A stretch of DNA of 64,000 nt, from assembly GCA_965112155.1 (NCBI GenBank), contig OZ218099.1. One strand, given 5' to 3'. Below the pieces are notes generated by a model, which had not been told where the DNA came from, made no database searches, and worked only from the letters and a program-made list of their open reading frames with translations. A program made the position numbers and the translations under genes. This DNA is from Podarcis liolepis (Eukaryota). The number at the start of each line of letters is the position of its first letter. The first letter of the stretch is position 1. Of this stretch, positions 41,059 through 55,312 are shown piece after piece.

Positions 41059-43499
41059 GAAAATAGGGGCTTCCTAAGGAAAAGTGTGACATTCCGGGAT
41101 CAAATCAGAAACTGGGAGGGCTTCTATAAATCTGGGACTGTCCTTGGAAAATAGGGGCACTTGGAGGGTCTGTGACCTGCCTGATGCTACCAGGCTCCAC
41201 CTCCAAGTTTCCACAGATTTCTCCAGATCTGCCTCCTAGTGACAGGTAACAGTCACCAGGATCCAAACACCTAAGAGTCACTGGGGTTTAAATTGGAAGT
41301 TGGCCACCTTAATTCTTTCTAGGATCCAGCAAGTTTTTTGAAATATGTTTAGTGGTCGAGGCCATGGCGAAAACTATATTTGTGGGCATCATAAATGAGA
41401 TGTTGAGGTGCTAGTTTGCATGACACAACACATGAAAATAAAGAGACGTCCATGGGACACAAGGTCTGTTAATAAAGAGTTTTGACTATAAAGAGAGACT
41501 TGGTTGGTGGATTTGTGTGGCACCACCAGGGTTTTCCTACCAGAATTGCTTCTAGAAGAGTCTTTTGATCTAATTGCTGACATTGTAAGGCTGCACTTTT
41601 TATGGTAACCATTTGGATCTATCACTGGATCCTGGGTCGGTCACCTTAATTTCACTTTTTTGTTGGTGGAGAATAAATGAGATTCTTCATCTTCCCTTGT
41701 GATCATCTTGGGGAATCTTCCACCACTTTGCTAATCTAATTTCTTTTTATAGCTCATACAATGGTTGGCCTAATTACTAGGAAAACAAGAAATGCTCTAA
41801 TCAAATCTTTTAGTGTTCCCGACAAAACTCAGAAAACGAATAAAATTTGTGACACGTGGAAAGAGAAAAGACTGAAGCTAGGGCTAAAGCAGAGACCAAT
41901 GAGCAAAGACAGAATAATCTTCCAAGTGTCATCAGCTGAGTAAGAGGACTGAGGCAGCCACGAGGTCTTTGGGGAGTTTTGTTCATTTTGAGGCCCATTC
42001 ATAAGGTCACACTCTTATACAGAGACAGAAATGTCAGCAAAGTTCGTTGAGTTCAGACCCGGAAATTAGCTCTGGGGGCTCAATAATCCTCTCCTCAAAG
42101 GAGGAGAACATCCTCCTGCTCCAGCTCAGATGAAAATCTTGGAAAATAGTTTCTGACTTTGAAAAGCTGCTTCTGGGGAAAGTGTTGCTGAGTTGGGGCA
42201 GCCTTAAAGGTCTCCTTTCGAATGCCCCCCCCCCCGGCAGCAGTGTAACTCTTTAAATTAGCCCGATGCAAAGCAATGGAGAAGTTCCTCTGCTGCTTTG
42301 CATGAGGAGGGGGGACCTTGATCCAAAGAGCTGCTAAACCTAGAGGTGACAGCAAAAAAACCACCTGATGCAGGGAACCCTTGAACTTGTCTAAACAGGA
42401 GAAGTAATTTTTTTATAAGGAGCATTCCCCCCCCCTTCAAGCCTCAAATTGGCTAAGAAAATGGTCTGAGCTCTTCCTGATTTTGAGAGGAAAGAACTTG
42501 CATAATTTCCAAATTACTGCAAAACGAGCAGAGACGAGCTCCCACACCTCTACGTTTTAAATTTTGCACTGATTAATATGCAATGGATATTTCCCCACAA
42601 CTGCAAATGTGTTCGGCACTCCAGCTTTTAGGTTGTGTTTGCAGGTTTGCTCAAATATGGATAAGTTAAGCTTTGGCAGGCTCCTAAAATTATTTGCTAA
42701 GCCTGATTCATATGTAATATTCTATTTGTTATTATGTACAAAATAAAAAGGTGTTGCAAGCAGAGGTGACCTTCTCTTTTAGAAGTTCAGGTCAAGTTTG
42801 GCTACATGTAGGCCTCACACCTAAATCTAAGAGCTGTGAAAAGGGAAGAAAAGTATCAGAGCAAAAGAGAGGTGGGAGAAGCCCCAGCCAAGGCTTTCAA
42901 ACTGTGGAATTTGGGCAAAATTCTATGGTGCCAAGCAGCACTTCAGCCTTGATTCTATCTGCTTCCTCCCCAGATATTTCACTTTGACTTACATATGAGT
43001 AAGCTGAGATCATGCATAAGTGCTTTTTAAAAGAGCCTGCCTTATCAGATCAAGAGATTTATGCTAAAGCAAAATACTGTAAAAAGTTCATACATTGGCC
43101 AAACGAGGCCAAAGCAGCAAGAGCGGATTTCATAGTTTGATCTGAAGATGGTAAAAAGGCAGTGCCCCTGCTGATTCTTTATGCAATATAGCTTCAAGTT
43201 ACTCCTGTTCCTCAGACATGAAAATAATCCCTGTCTTAAATTATGCAATTCATGGACTGCTAATTCTACCAGATGTTTCTAGGCACAACACTAAAAAAAC
43301 TGGGTTTGTGGCCAACAAATTTTTCTAATGGTGGTGGTGATGTGTCTTGACTGGTGTTCAATCTTGAAATATATTAAGTACATGAACTGCAGTCTCACTG
43401 TTATTATTAAATTCATTTTTCTACTGCTTTATATTTTTAAGGAAAAAAAATCTCAAAGTGATGGACAGCGCATTAAAACATCGAATAAAATAATCCAGA

Positions 43500-43727
43500 A
43501 TAAAACATTACTGAAGAAAGTCAAATATAAAGCATCCATTCAAAGCAACATAATTAAAAGGAACTTAAAATATTATCTTAAAGATTTCAAAAGAAAACAT
43601 TACAAAGGAGGTCAACTACAGAATGCACATTTAACGCAGCAAAGTTAACAAAAACATTATCTTAAACATTTCAAAAGAAAGCCTTACTAAAGGAAGTCAA
43701 ATATAATATGCACATTTAAAACAGCTT
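43500..43727. repeat. Degenerate tandem repeat, ~83-bp unit
   Basis: attatcttaaa(g/c)atttcaaaagaaa...aaagga(g/a)gtcaa...atgcacatttaa occurs twice, with a partial third copy upstream. Confidence 0.7.
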
Positions 43728-46692
43728 AATTAACCAAAGAATAAAGTATTATCACAAGCCCTGAACATATCCGCTGTTGTTGTTGCCAATCCTGCCCAAG
43801 ATGGTTCATGGCAGGCTGTGGCTGTGGAAGCTCAGGCTCAGACACCTGCACTAAGAGACAGCCAAAGTGGTCTCTGGCCTCTTCAGTAGCCTCAGCTTTT
43901 GTAGCTGGAGTCAGTCCTCCCTGCCCTCCCAGACCAGGTAGAAAAAGGCCTTCAAGGCAGGCAGCAGGTCCCCCAGGACCCACAGCCAAGATGGAATGCT
44001 CTTAGTGGGCACACCAGTCTGGGAGCCAACCAAGAAGTTCATTGCCTCTCTTGAACATGAGCAAAAGAGCACAAGACACTCCTGATGCCATCTAGATACT
44101 ACAAGGTTCAGTGCTACCTAGTGTCTAAACTATATAATAGCACAATCCAGACCTTCTCCCTTTTGTTCCAAGAGATAATTAACCCAATGTTTGGTAGTAA
44201 AGGGAACCAGACACATAACTTAAGAAGAGCCCTCCGGAATCAGACTCAAAGGCCCATCTAGTCCGGATGCCGTTCTCACAGTTGGCAAACAGAAACCCAT
44301 GGGAAGCACACAAGCAGAACTGTGACAACCCTCTCCCCACTTGTGATTCCCAGCAACTAGTGTTCAGAGGCAGACTGGCCACAACAGTGGCCAAACCTCC
44401 ATCTAGATCAGCATTAACTGTACTCTTTTCAGCACCTGCTAAAAACATTCCTGTTTAGACAAGCCTACCCAGCTGCAGAGAAAGCTAAGGCAATTTTAAT
44501 CTGTTTCAGTATCAAACTTTTGTATCTTTTAGAATATGATTGTAAATAATAAAATTATCTTCATCATCACTATTATTTTTATCTGGTCCAACAAGACATC
44601 AGCAATTTTTAAGTGGTCAGTTGGGCAAAAGGTCTGGGTAACACTTTGTGTCACAGAGTTTCTAATTTAGAACTTAAAACTAATTTAGAACTTAAAACTA
44701 TGAGTATTACAGAAAACAAAAACAAAATTATTTACTTTTCATTCTATTTCTCGGTGAAGAAGTTGTGAGTCTTGATGGTATTAATATTTGTTTCATTATC
44801 TTTTAATGCGTTAAAGTATTTATTTAATCCATTTATTGTCAGATGGCAGAAATTTGTTAGATACCAAGGGTAAATGGGAAACTAAAGGCTGGTGGTTTTA
44901 TGGCAATGACATCCTATGGATGATGCAAAAAATGCGCATCCATCCATGCACAATAAACACCCACCTGGAATCACCCTAAGTCACTGGATACGGTATATAT
45001 TACCACTTAAGTTTTCCATAAGAGCCTCCTAGGCTGTTTCTAAGTAGTTCAACTTCATTGGAAATAGTTTATTCCAATTCTGCTGGTGCTAGTGGGCAGG
45101 AATAAATTGTTGAAAAGCTTCCTGAATGCGTTTTTAAAAATTCACACTGTCTCCTCAAGAACAGCCTTGTCAATTTGTTGCCATATTACAGGCCCCGCCA
45201 TTATTTTAAACCTAAGTATTGGTCTTTCCCCCTACCTCCCCTATTTTCCTTACCCATTATTTTTGAGTGCTATCAGGTAAAACAGGGTGGTGGGTTTGGG
45301 GAGGGATCAGGAGAGCAGGAGCAGCAATACAGGAGTTAATTTGGAAGGCCTTTCCTACTGATGCATTCCCATCTCCACCACACTTGATTCTACCCCTGTC
45401 ACTCACAAACTCCATATCCCTAAAAATCTGACCAGGTTTCATTTGCATGGGTATGTGAGGCAGCATGTCAGCATTCAGAAATGAAGGCACATAGATACCA
45501 GTGCAAGAAATTCCCTCCTCACTAAGCTGCAGTGAGTTTCAATTATCGCACAGTTTGCTTCTGAGTGGATTTATCAAGCCAAGTCTATAAAGCAAAATGA
45601 ATAATCTCGTCCTTCAGACCTATAAAAATATAATACTTGAAAGTACTTTGACAAAGTAATAAAGACAGAGTGAAAAGAAGGAACATCGACCCCATTTTAA
45701 TAAGATTAGAGGGGCTTGATATTGTAACTAACCCTTGGCATTTAGAGCTTATTCTCTGGGGTGATTGATTTATATTATTATTTTGATGTGCTGAAATCAT
45801 TGTGTGGTGTTGTGAATGGTGTGCCACATGTTGATATTACAGGTCAGCAGCAACACCTCTGGGGCTCGGTACCCATGATTTGTGGGCCAGAGTTTTCTTG
45901 TGGCAAGAACTCATGTGGCCACTTGCCACACTGAGAAAATTAACCAATCAACGTTGGCTTTATCCACAACATCATTAAGAAAATGACTGTGTGAAAATGT
46001 TAGAAGGCAAGTGCGTGTTGTGTGTGTGGTAGCCCCATTTGTTTCCGTCAGGGCTCCTGCCTCTGCACGAGAAGCAGCAATTCAACATTTAAAGCTTTTC
46101 TCCACCATTTCATTTCTGTTGGCAAAAGCCTCAGATCTTGTGTGTGTTGTGCAGCTGTTAAAGACTCTGACGGAAACAAATAGGGCAGTCAAACAAATGA
46201 GACAGAGCCTATTCAGTCCAGCGCACCGACCACGAATGGTGGGTAGCCCAGCCTCACTGGGATGAGCAGGAGGTGATACCGGGGTGGAGGTTTGTAATGA
46301 GTACCCCCCTTCCTCTCCTTTCGGCTCCTTTCGCAAAATCAACTCTAGCAAAGCTTTCCTGTAACTCCCCCCCCCATCTTGTCCTTGCTCTTGTACAGCA
46401 ACTAAACTAAGTGAAATATAATTGACTCAAAGTAACTCAGAACACTTGACTATCCTTCCCTCTCCCCCCTTCACCCTACTTGTCTCTCCCCATTATTCTG
46501 TTTCCAAGTGTACATTCCTCAGGGAAAGAACCTGTCTTTTTCTTTTGCTCTTTAACACACTGATACTCTGATAGAGCTGTATAAGGTAATAGTAATAATA
46601 ATGCCTTGTGATTCTGAGTTTTCTATGTTTAGGTTATTTTACATTTTGTGGCCAGGCTGCCTTTTGTCTTTCAGTCTATCAATTGGTAATTG

Positions 46693-46736
46693 GTCCTTCC
46701 TTCCTTCCTTCCTTCCTTCCTTCCTTCCTTCCTTCC
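46693..46736. repeat. (TTCC)n microsatellite
   Basis: Directly visible. Confidence 0.95.
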
Positions 46737-49700
46737 TAGAGAACATGGTGCCCTCCAGATGTTGCAGAACAAATCCCATCAGCCCAAGTCCAGCAGCATC
46801 TGTAGGGTTGCAGGTTCATCACCCCTGTATTAAATAATGTCCTCACATAACATGGGCACCCCACTGCACTGGCAGAAGCGACCAGACATTGGCTCAAAAG
46901 GTGCACAACACCAGAGATAAAGGAAGAATTGCCTTGTAATTACAACTAGTGGGGTGCCTTCTGTCATGCTGGCAAAGTCCGTCCTGGCTCAACCAAAATG
47001 AGAAGAAATGGGGGGGGGTGAAGGAAGGCTCTCTGGGCCCTATGAATTCTGGCCCCGTTTGGTAAATCTGTACCGCACCCTCCCCTCAAAAAATCCTGCC
47101 TTCTTTCAGCATAAAGCATGTGACAGAAGCTGATGTTATATTTAAATAATAAAGCAGAACTGGGGTTGTTTTGTCTGCTTCCCCCCTTCCTCTCTGATCT
47201 CCCCGTTGAAAAATGCATGGAAGGCAACAGATGTTTCGACTTTGTAGCTTGAACCTTTCTCAGCTGTTTGAAGATTTGATGTAGAATTCTTTGAACATCA
47301 GTTTCAGAGGAGACTCTCTTGGTAACGGTTGCCATGCAGAATTCATAATTAAAGAAGGTTCTAGGGTGATGGTGGGTTTTGTAAAACTGCATTTCATTAA
47401 TTTGCTTAAATATACTTAATGGGATGAGAGAAATGGTTTTATCCACGGAGAAGAAACTCCTCAGGCCTTCAGCTCTGCCTACTGGGGAATAATCAAGCAG
47501 ACACCTCTAGACTGCATAGCAACGTGGTTGCCGCAAGCTCTCTCCAAGCTAGCCACAGGGCACGGAGGTACATGATGTGGAATGTGTCGTGCTCACGAAA
47601 GACGTGGCAATATGCCAAACCCTACCCTTCTGTGTAACACTGTCACCATCCGCAGGACAGAACTGCAGCCAAAACAGCAGTGTTGGCTCAAAGATTTTGG
47701 GGGCCCTTGGGCATGGTGCCCCCAGTTCTAAACCTGGAGGTGGGACATTTAAACTGATAATTACTTTAGGCTGTAACCAGTTTTCTTGGATACATCCCTT
47801 CCAAGTAGAAATGGTAGGGCCATTACAGCAGTGGGCCTTCCACTGATCTCACGAGGCCCTGGCAAATGCCCCACCCTTGTCACCCTATAAAGCTGACCCT
47901 GGAAAGCAGTATGGTGGTGGCTGCATGTAAAGTGTTTGCCTGTGTGAGTTGTTCATATGTGCACCATTGTGTAAATGCTCTTACCACGTGAGCCAGCCCA
48001 TTGGTATGTAGAGCTGGCATGCCAACCGTGCACCTGCCTGGGCCCTACAAACGTTGAGTGCTAGCTCTGCAAATAGACCGCAAACAAGCTCATATGGTAA
48101 GTGCATTTATACATGATGAAGTGTGTGTAATGCTTGCACAGTCAAGCGCTGCCATCTGTTTCAGTCCTTTAAGCTCTTCTAATGCAGAAGATGAAATCAC
48201 CCTACCCCAAGAGTCCAATGGAGAATTTGTAGAGCTTGCTCATATATACCTTGCTTATGCTTCATGTCAGGGATAGTTATATAAGTAAATTCTACGAACA
48301 ACAACGGCACTATGTCAGTTTTGTTACCTCTTCACCAGAGGTGCAGAACCTCACACCCAGGAGTCCAACATAGCCCTCCAGAAAGCTCTAGCCAGTCTTT
48401 GGGTCTCTCCTAAGGCTACCTCCCCTCTCCTCAGGCCATATATCTTGCTGTCACCACTCTGTGTTTGGCATGTGTCCTTGAACTGACCTCTTGGTTGCCC
48501 GAATAGAAGATGGGGATATTGGGGGCAGGGGGAGAGAGAGAATAAATCTTTGGCTTTTGTGTGGTTGGAATTTAGCTTCTCTATTTTTCTATAAAAAGAG
48601 GATCTGGAACTCACCACAAACACCTCCCTCGTTCTCTTACAATGGCAATGGTGTCCACCTGAGAGATGCCAGTACTGAGTTCTGGTTTTAAAAAAGCCCT
48701 GTTAGGAGCTATTGATTTTCCCCGGCCAGTGGAGGCTACTTCATATAGGCAAGTGGGTCATTGCCCCACCGAGCTCCCCTAAGCCAGCCCCCACCTGTCT
48801 ACCTCCTTACCAGCCTAGTGGGTGACACTGGATTTCAGCCTCCTCCTCTTCTTTAGTCAGTGTTGTCTTTGCAGGACTCAGGAGGGAAGGATACCAGAAT
48901 AAGCTGGTTTGGCCTCTCATGGGCTCTAGTTCTGGCGGCCATTTGCTTTGGTTGCCCCTGTGGCTGACCTCCCTGCCTTCCACCCTCCCAGGCCCAACAG
49001 GCACCAGACCCCACTAGGCCCAGCCTTACCAGGTGGCCAATTGAGACAACCACCACGAGGCAAAGTGAGGCAGCCATTTTGGGTAGCAAACACTGAGGGC
49101 CACAGTGTGAGCTGAGCTGTGTGCCAGGCACCACGACCTACACCTGTTAAAAGTAGCTTGTCATCTCTGAGAGCAGTGGAGTATTCTGTCTCATTGACAC
49201 ACCAGTCCTTTTGTAAATGGCAGATGAGAGGTATCATCACCTCAGGCAGTGCAACAGCTTCAGCCGTCCCTGCTCCCATAACCTCTGGTGCTGTTTCGGT
49301 TCCTCTTGGCATTCTCCCTGCTTTTATTACAGGAAATAAGATACAATCTAGCACTCATTTTGTGCCCAGGCAGAAAGAACAATATCGCTTCTTCCCCTTG
49401 GTGGAGACCATCTTCACAGCAGGTTAAAAGCCTGTGTGAGCCTTCACTAGCAAACACGGAGCAGAGGCATAATTATTGCTGAAGCAGTGTTAACTTTTCG
49501 GTGGCAGGCAGGAGCAATTTTAATGGCAATTAGGGCTGTCACCTCATTAAATAAATCTTAGATGATTAATCATATAATGTTTAATCAATTAATCGCATAA
49601 ATTTGCATAGGAATAAACAATAGATCCAAAGGAGGGGGGATTTCTCCTTTCCTTTCCTTTTTTTTTTTTTGCAGGATGCCCATGTTTCCATCTTCCCAAA

Positions 49701-50479
49701 GCCTCTACCGTCCCTTCTGTGTGGAGACAAAGGAAGATGTATCTTCTCATATATCTGCTATCCATTTTGTTTGTAATTTCTCATACTACAAATCATTCCT
49801 CCACCACCCCACATCTGTTGCCTCATTAATTGGGGGGGAGGGGTGCCACCTTTTAAACCAATTGATCTACAAAAGTTAATCCGCAGGGAGTGCAATCTTA
49901 TATCCCCTCAGAAGGAAGTCTGATTGAGTTAAATGGGACTTACTTCCAAGTAAGTGGGTGCAGCCTAAATGCAGACCTCGTAATTACAGCATGGAAGCAA
50001 AGTTGTGTGTGGAATGCAACCAATCAGCCTTCTTTCAGGGGAAGAGAGAAGTGCATAACCCCAATCCAGATTTCCCAAAAAATAATAATCATTTGATGCT
50101 GGTTTCCTTGAGAACTGAGTAACTATTTGGTGCCCTCTAGGCTAGGGTAACAATGTATTAGTCAACTCCCAAATGTAACCATGGAAATGATATCTCATGT
50201 ATACAGTAGAACGCAGAGGACCTCTACATTTGAGGAAGCATGGAAGTTTGGAAATCACCAATGCTCATACTGGCATCTTACACCACTTTAAACATTTAGT
50301 TGGGTTTCCTGATGTTTATATATGCCTGATACTGCACCCTTGATGTTATTACATCAGTTACCAGGTGTTTATACATCCATAGAGGACATCCATGCTACAC
50401 AGTTGCTGCAGAAAATGCTGGTGTACCTAACACTGGTGTTTCTGACAACACTGAAACTTGTTTTTAGATCTTTGGAATT

Positions 50480-50487
50480 TAATAATA

Positions 50488-50527
<40 letters not shown>

Positions 50528-50568
50528 TCTTTATTGTCATTGCCCCCTCTCGGGGACAACGAAATTAC
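50480..50568 (-). repeat. (AAT)n microsatellite with adjacent possible Rex1/Babar-like 3' terminus
   Basis: (AAT)n visible at 50480-50528. Minus strand reads aatttcgttgtccccgagagggggcaatgacaataaag then (ATT)n, like a LINE 3' stem-loop and tail. Confidence 0.5.
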
Positions 50569-50915
50569 TTCCCAATTTAGTAGGTTTTCTGGGTCACTTG
50601 AGACTTAGGCAGCATACACACCATAGATTTAAAAGAATCCTAAGAATCTTGGGAACTGCAGTTTGTTAAGGATGCTGCGAATTATAGCTTTGTGAGGGCA
50701 AAACCATTATTATTTTGTGCGTGTGCTGTATATACAGCCTTACACCCAAAGATTTACAGGACTCATATGTCTGGTGTCAGAGTGAGAAGTGATCCCACAC
50801 CTCTCCTTTAGCTGATCCGATTGTGGGGGGGCAAGGATAGACTCTTCTGCAGCATAAAAATAGATGAAGTGCATCACCCCCTGCACCTGATCCAAATTTG
50901 CATAAAATTCAAATA

Positions 50916-51137
50916 CAGTGGAACCTCGGGTTAAGTACTTAATTCCTGAGGTTCGTTCTTAACCTGAAACTGTTCTTAACCTGAAGCACCACTTTAGCTA
51001 ATGGGGCCTCCTGCTGCTGCCACGTCGCTGGAGCACGATTTCTGTTCTCATCCTGAAGCCAAGTTCTTAACCCGAGGTACTATTTCTGGGTTAGCGGAGT
51101 CTGTAACCTGCAGCGTATGTAACCCAAAGTACCACTG
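50916..51137. mobile_element. Tc1/mariner MITE family B (inverted relative to 26294)
   Basis: TIR cagtggaacctcgggtta / taacccaaagtaccactg with TA flanks. Confidence 0.9.
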
Positions 51138-54100
51138 TATGGTAATTTAAAAAACAAACAAACTTTCCTTTAAACAGAAATACAACTTACCACAGAGGAA
51201 GACTGTGAACCAGGTGATTTGTTTGTGTCTGCTGTTCAGTCTACAGGCAACCCCCCTCAAGTCACTTCCTTTGCTCACACCTTATACAGACCAAACTAGT
51301 ACACGCCGCACAGCTGGAAGGGGGAAGAGAAGTCCCATTCCCCAAAAGGTCTCTTCTTCTAGAAAAGCCTCAAAACTGTTTGTTTGAATGTTGTGGTTGT
51401 TTCCAGTTGTGATTACTTAATACAAATTAAAATCATCATCATCTCCAACGATTAGCTTCTATGGCAGATGATGTGTTTGGCAGGTTTGACCCTTCAAGCA
51501 GTCATTTCAGACTCCAGCACAGAACCACTTAGCTGGAGGAGGCCTTGATGTTATCCAGCTCAGCCCCACAGCATTTTACAAAATATACTTTGCTCCCTCT
51601 CCAGATCCTCTAAAATGAGAAATCTCCTAAGTGACAAGTGGATGCAAGCTTGTATTGAGTGCAGATGTATGTAATTACTACATTAAGATCCCACTTTTCT
51701 TCCAAGGAGCTCAAGGATGTGTATGTTGTTCTCCCCCTCTTCATATTATCCTCACAGCCACTGAGAGGCAGTGACTGGCCCAAGATCACCCAGTGAGCTT
51801 CGCTGCCAAGGTCCTAGTCCATGCTGGCTCTCGAAAGTTTCCTAAGGCTACTCAAGTCCTATTAGTGCTCAGCTATGCAACTGAATGGGGATTTGAACTT
51901 GGGCTCCAGCGTCAAAGCCCAACGCTCAAACCACTACACCACACACATTAATGTGTGTATATACTGGCAATCAATACTAGACTTGTCTGCTCAGAATACA
52001 TGTCTAGTATCTGCTCAGAAGTTACTCCCATTGCATCCAATCCTGTTTACTCCCCAGCAAGCATGCGTCGGATTTTACCTTCAGGTCACAATCAAACAGC
52101 TCAGCTTCGCGCTGCCAGCACGCAAAGCAGCGAAAAGCCAGACACACAGGAGAAGAGGCCAAAAGTCGCCAAACGGCTTTGCAACATTAAGCCGCAGCAG
52201 CATGGGAACCATGCACAGCCTCTGCCACTCCCGCTATGACCAGTCGTATGCAGCAGCCACCAGCAAGGAGCCACTAGCAGCAGTGGCAGCAGCAACCAAG
52301 TCATGCATTTAATTGGTGTCTATTGGATTTCCCCCCCTGAAGCTATACTTTGTGCTACTCACTCTGACATGGAAGGCAGAAGTTTCATTTTGTATCTGCA
52401 TCTGACTCAGAGACTTTTTTCTATACTGGCATTTGGCCTCCTGCCCTGACGGCAGTTTTTCTTGTATCATCAGGCTGAAATGTAGAATTTCCCACTGAGG
52501 AGATAGAGGAATGTGTGTGTGTGTGTAAAAGCAGGGTGAGGGAGGAAGAGACATTGATGAATGGAATAAATCCCTGCCACTCTTCTAGTTTCTTCTCAAA
52601 AACACAGCGGCAAGGTCTTTCTTTATCCTGTCACATAAAGATGCCACTGTCTCCCTAGAGAATAGCTCTTGAGAGACAGCAGCTTCTTTACGATCAGCAA
52701 ACCTACAGCTGTAACAATTGTAGAGCCATGGGGATAGTATAGGAGCACTATACTCCATCCAAATGGACTTTCTCCTCTGGAGAGCCTCTGGTAAGGGAAC
52801 CCTATTCTGCAACTTGAGTTTTAAGTAAGAAACCCAGCTGTAGATGGCACCGGCTGGCTAGTACCTGTGACATCATCAATACACCTCCCATTAAAAACCC
52901 CCAAAGATGCACCCACTTAAAAAAAAAAAGCCAATAGCACAGGTGAAATGAAAGGAGTGCAGAAAATACTGATGGCTGAATCAGCATTCAGTTTGTGGGA
53001 AGCTAGCTACATAACCGCACTGGACTTCTCACATCTGATATTAACCTAAACAGAAGACTTTTGTTAATTTTTATAGTTATGCTACATGCTGAACAGATTC
53101 ATCTATGCTTACATAGAGGGTTGGATTCTATTAGGTTGGAATATTGTTTTCATAACTTGCCAAGTAACTTTTATTTTATTAATACCCGATCTCAGCTCCT
53201 AATGTGTCGTGTCCACCACCTCAGGCTAGGACACCTCAGGGAAAACGTATGTACAAAATCTACTGTGAAATATGGATGTCAGTGTGGCATTTGCTTTCTT
53301 CCATCTTTATTGTTTCTCCCCCTGCAAATAATTCCCCCCACTGGCCTTTTCAACTACCAATTCATAATTAACGTAAGCCAGCAAAATACAAGTGGCCTCT
53401 TTCTAACAGTCAAGCTACAGTCCATTCTCTTCTCTCACTTCCACCTGCCCTCCATTACAGCCATTAACTGCTCTCTGCAGCTTATATGCCAACAAAGAAA
53501 AAGATGGCTTCACAGCTGTGACAGAATTCCATGTATGGGGGTGGCGAGGAAGGGGAGAAGCATCTTGGGACTCTAATCAAACCAGACAGATTGAGGTCAA
53601 ATGCTTCTTGCATTCAACAAGCATAAAGGGGGAAGAGAAAGGAAAAGCCACAGAAATAAGAGGTGGCAAGTGCCTACAGGGTGCCTCACATTCTGCTGTA
53701 GGGCAGCCACTGCCAACCTGGTATTGTTTAGACATTTGGGCTACAACACCTACCAGCCCCAGCCAGCATAAACTCTGGAGGTCAACGCGCTGTCCGTGGC
53801 TGCTACCCCAAAGCAGCTGAGAGTTGGAAATGGCTCTGAGGACCAATGCATGTAGGATATTTGAAAGTGTCTGCAAGTGTATGCTTTAGGTGGCTTGCTT
53901 TTTCTTGCCTCCCAGATCCCTCTCCTTATTTCTCCCCAAAACACAAGCCAAGGAATTCATGGGCCCATACACACCATACATTTTAAGCATCACCACAGTA
54001 CTTTAAATAGTCATGGCTTTCTCCCAAAGAATCCTAAGCAGTGTCGCTTGAGTTGTTAAGATCCCTGTTCTCCCTCACAGAGTGCCAGTTCTCAAAGTTC

Positions 54101-54224
54101 CCCTGGAAGAGGGACTGAGAGTGGAACTGAACAAGCCTGGAGATTGAGAGCAGAGACAGTAAAGGAATTTGTACCCAGGGTTCACAGTTTAAAGAGGAGG
54201 CAAGGAAGAGATGACACAAAAGAG

Positions 54225-54780
54225 GTGTGGAGAAAGTGGACAGAGTTTTACTCCTCCTCTCGCAACACCAGAACTGGGGACATCCAATGAAGCTGGTTGG
54301 TGGAAGATTCAGGACCAGACAAAAGAAAGGACCCCTTTGACGCAGCGCACACTTAAAATGCAGAACTCACTCCCACAGGACACAGTGATGGCCACCAACT
54401 TAGATGGCTTTAAAACAGGATTAAGCAAATTCATGACGAATAAGGCTATCAAGGTTATCTGAAGAAGTGTGCACGCACATGAAAGTTCATACCAATAACT
54501 TAGTTGGTCTCTAAGGTGCTAGTGGAAGAGATTTTTTTTATTTATTTTTTTACTACAGCAGACCTACCTGTCTCTAAGGCTATCAACGGCTACTAGCCAT
54601 GCCGGCTAAGCTCTGCCTCCACAACTGGATGCAGTATGCGTCTGAATACCAGTTGCTGGAAACAAAAGGAGGGATAATGACCTGATGCTCAGGCCCTGCC
54701 TTTGGGCTTCCCATAGGCATATTACTGCCTCCCCCCCCCCCCCAATGAGAACAAAGTGCTGGACAGGATGTGCTTTCGAT
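54225..54780 (+). mobile_element. CR1 3' fragment interrupted by a Penelope pLTR
   Basis: cagaactcactcccacaggacacagtgatggccaccaacttagatggctttaaa...taaggctatcaacggctactagccatg. Confidence 0.75.
54453..54574 (+). mobile_element. Solo Penelope pLTR fragment with degenerate hammerhead motif
   Basis: ttatCTGAAGAagtgtgcacgcacatGAAAgtTCatac at 54455-54492; 12-bp TSD taaggctatcaa (54441-54452, 54575-54586). Confidence 0.82.
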
Positions 54781-54825
54781 GTTCTTTCCTAAGCATCTAC
54801 AGTGGGAGACACAATTATTGACTGG

Positions 54826-55015
54826 AGGAGGAGAAGAAGAGGAGGAGTTTGGATTTGATATCCCGCTTTATCACTACCCTAAGGAGTCTCAAAGCGGCTA
54901 ACATTCTCCTTTCCCTTCCTCCCCCACCCAGCAGCTGCATGTGGAGAAGCGGAGATGCGAACCCGGTTCACCAGATTACGAGACTACCACTCTTAACCAC
55001 TACACCACACTGGCT
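54826..55015 (-). mobile_element. tRNA-derived SINE (Squam3-like), internally deleted
   Basis: Minus strand: agccagtgtggtgtagtggttaagagtgg (A box), gggttcgcatc (B box), (CTC/CTT)n tail. Confidence 0.75.
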
Positions 55016-55300
55016 GTAGATGGGTGGAGGTGTATTTTATTCATATGCTGAACTGCCCTTTGACCAAATATTGCCAGAAAATAAAACACAACAACAACAA
55101 CAACCCACTATATTTATACATACATACACACAAAGTCCTGAGTATTTTCACGTCTTGGGAAAATCCCCCAAAAAACTTGCTCACACCAGACAGATATTAA
55201 TTTAAAATGGCACCTTTGTTGTGGAAACACTGGCAAATTTGTCATTCTGGCTCCCTATGTGAATGACTAGTAGGTATGTAAATAAGCCACTCAGCTTCCT

Positions 55301-55312
55301 TTTATTTTTATT
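55301..55312 (-). terminator. Candidate poly(A) signals of the clathrin-like gene
   Basis: Two adjacent AATAAA on the minus strand about 520 nt past the stop; another at 55036-55041. Confidence 0.35.

Noticed and set aside
48926-49354. Minus-strand peptide YSTALRDDKLLLTG resembling CLTC [14 protein letters not shown]
   Set aside because: That part of the propeller is already encoded at 58350-58468 in the correct order; this match is short, out of order and probably chance.
20330-55000. Many 60-176 aa ORFs in the intergenic interval
   Set aside because: No recognisable domains or consistent splice chains were found; those with similarity derive from LINEs or MITEs. A small or very divergent exon could still have been missed.
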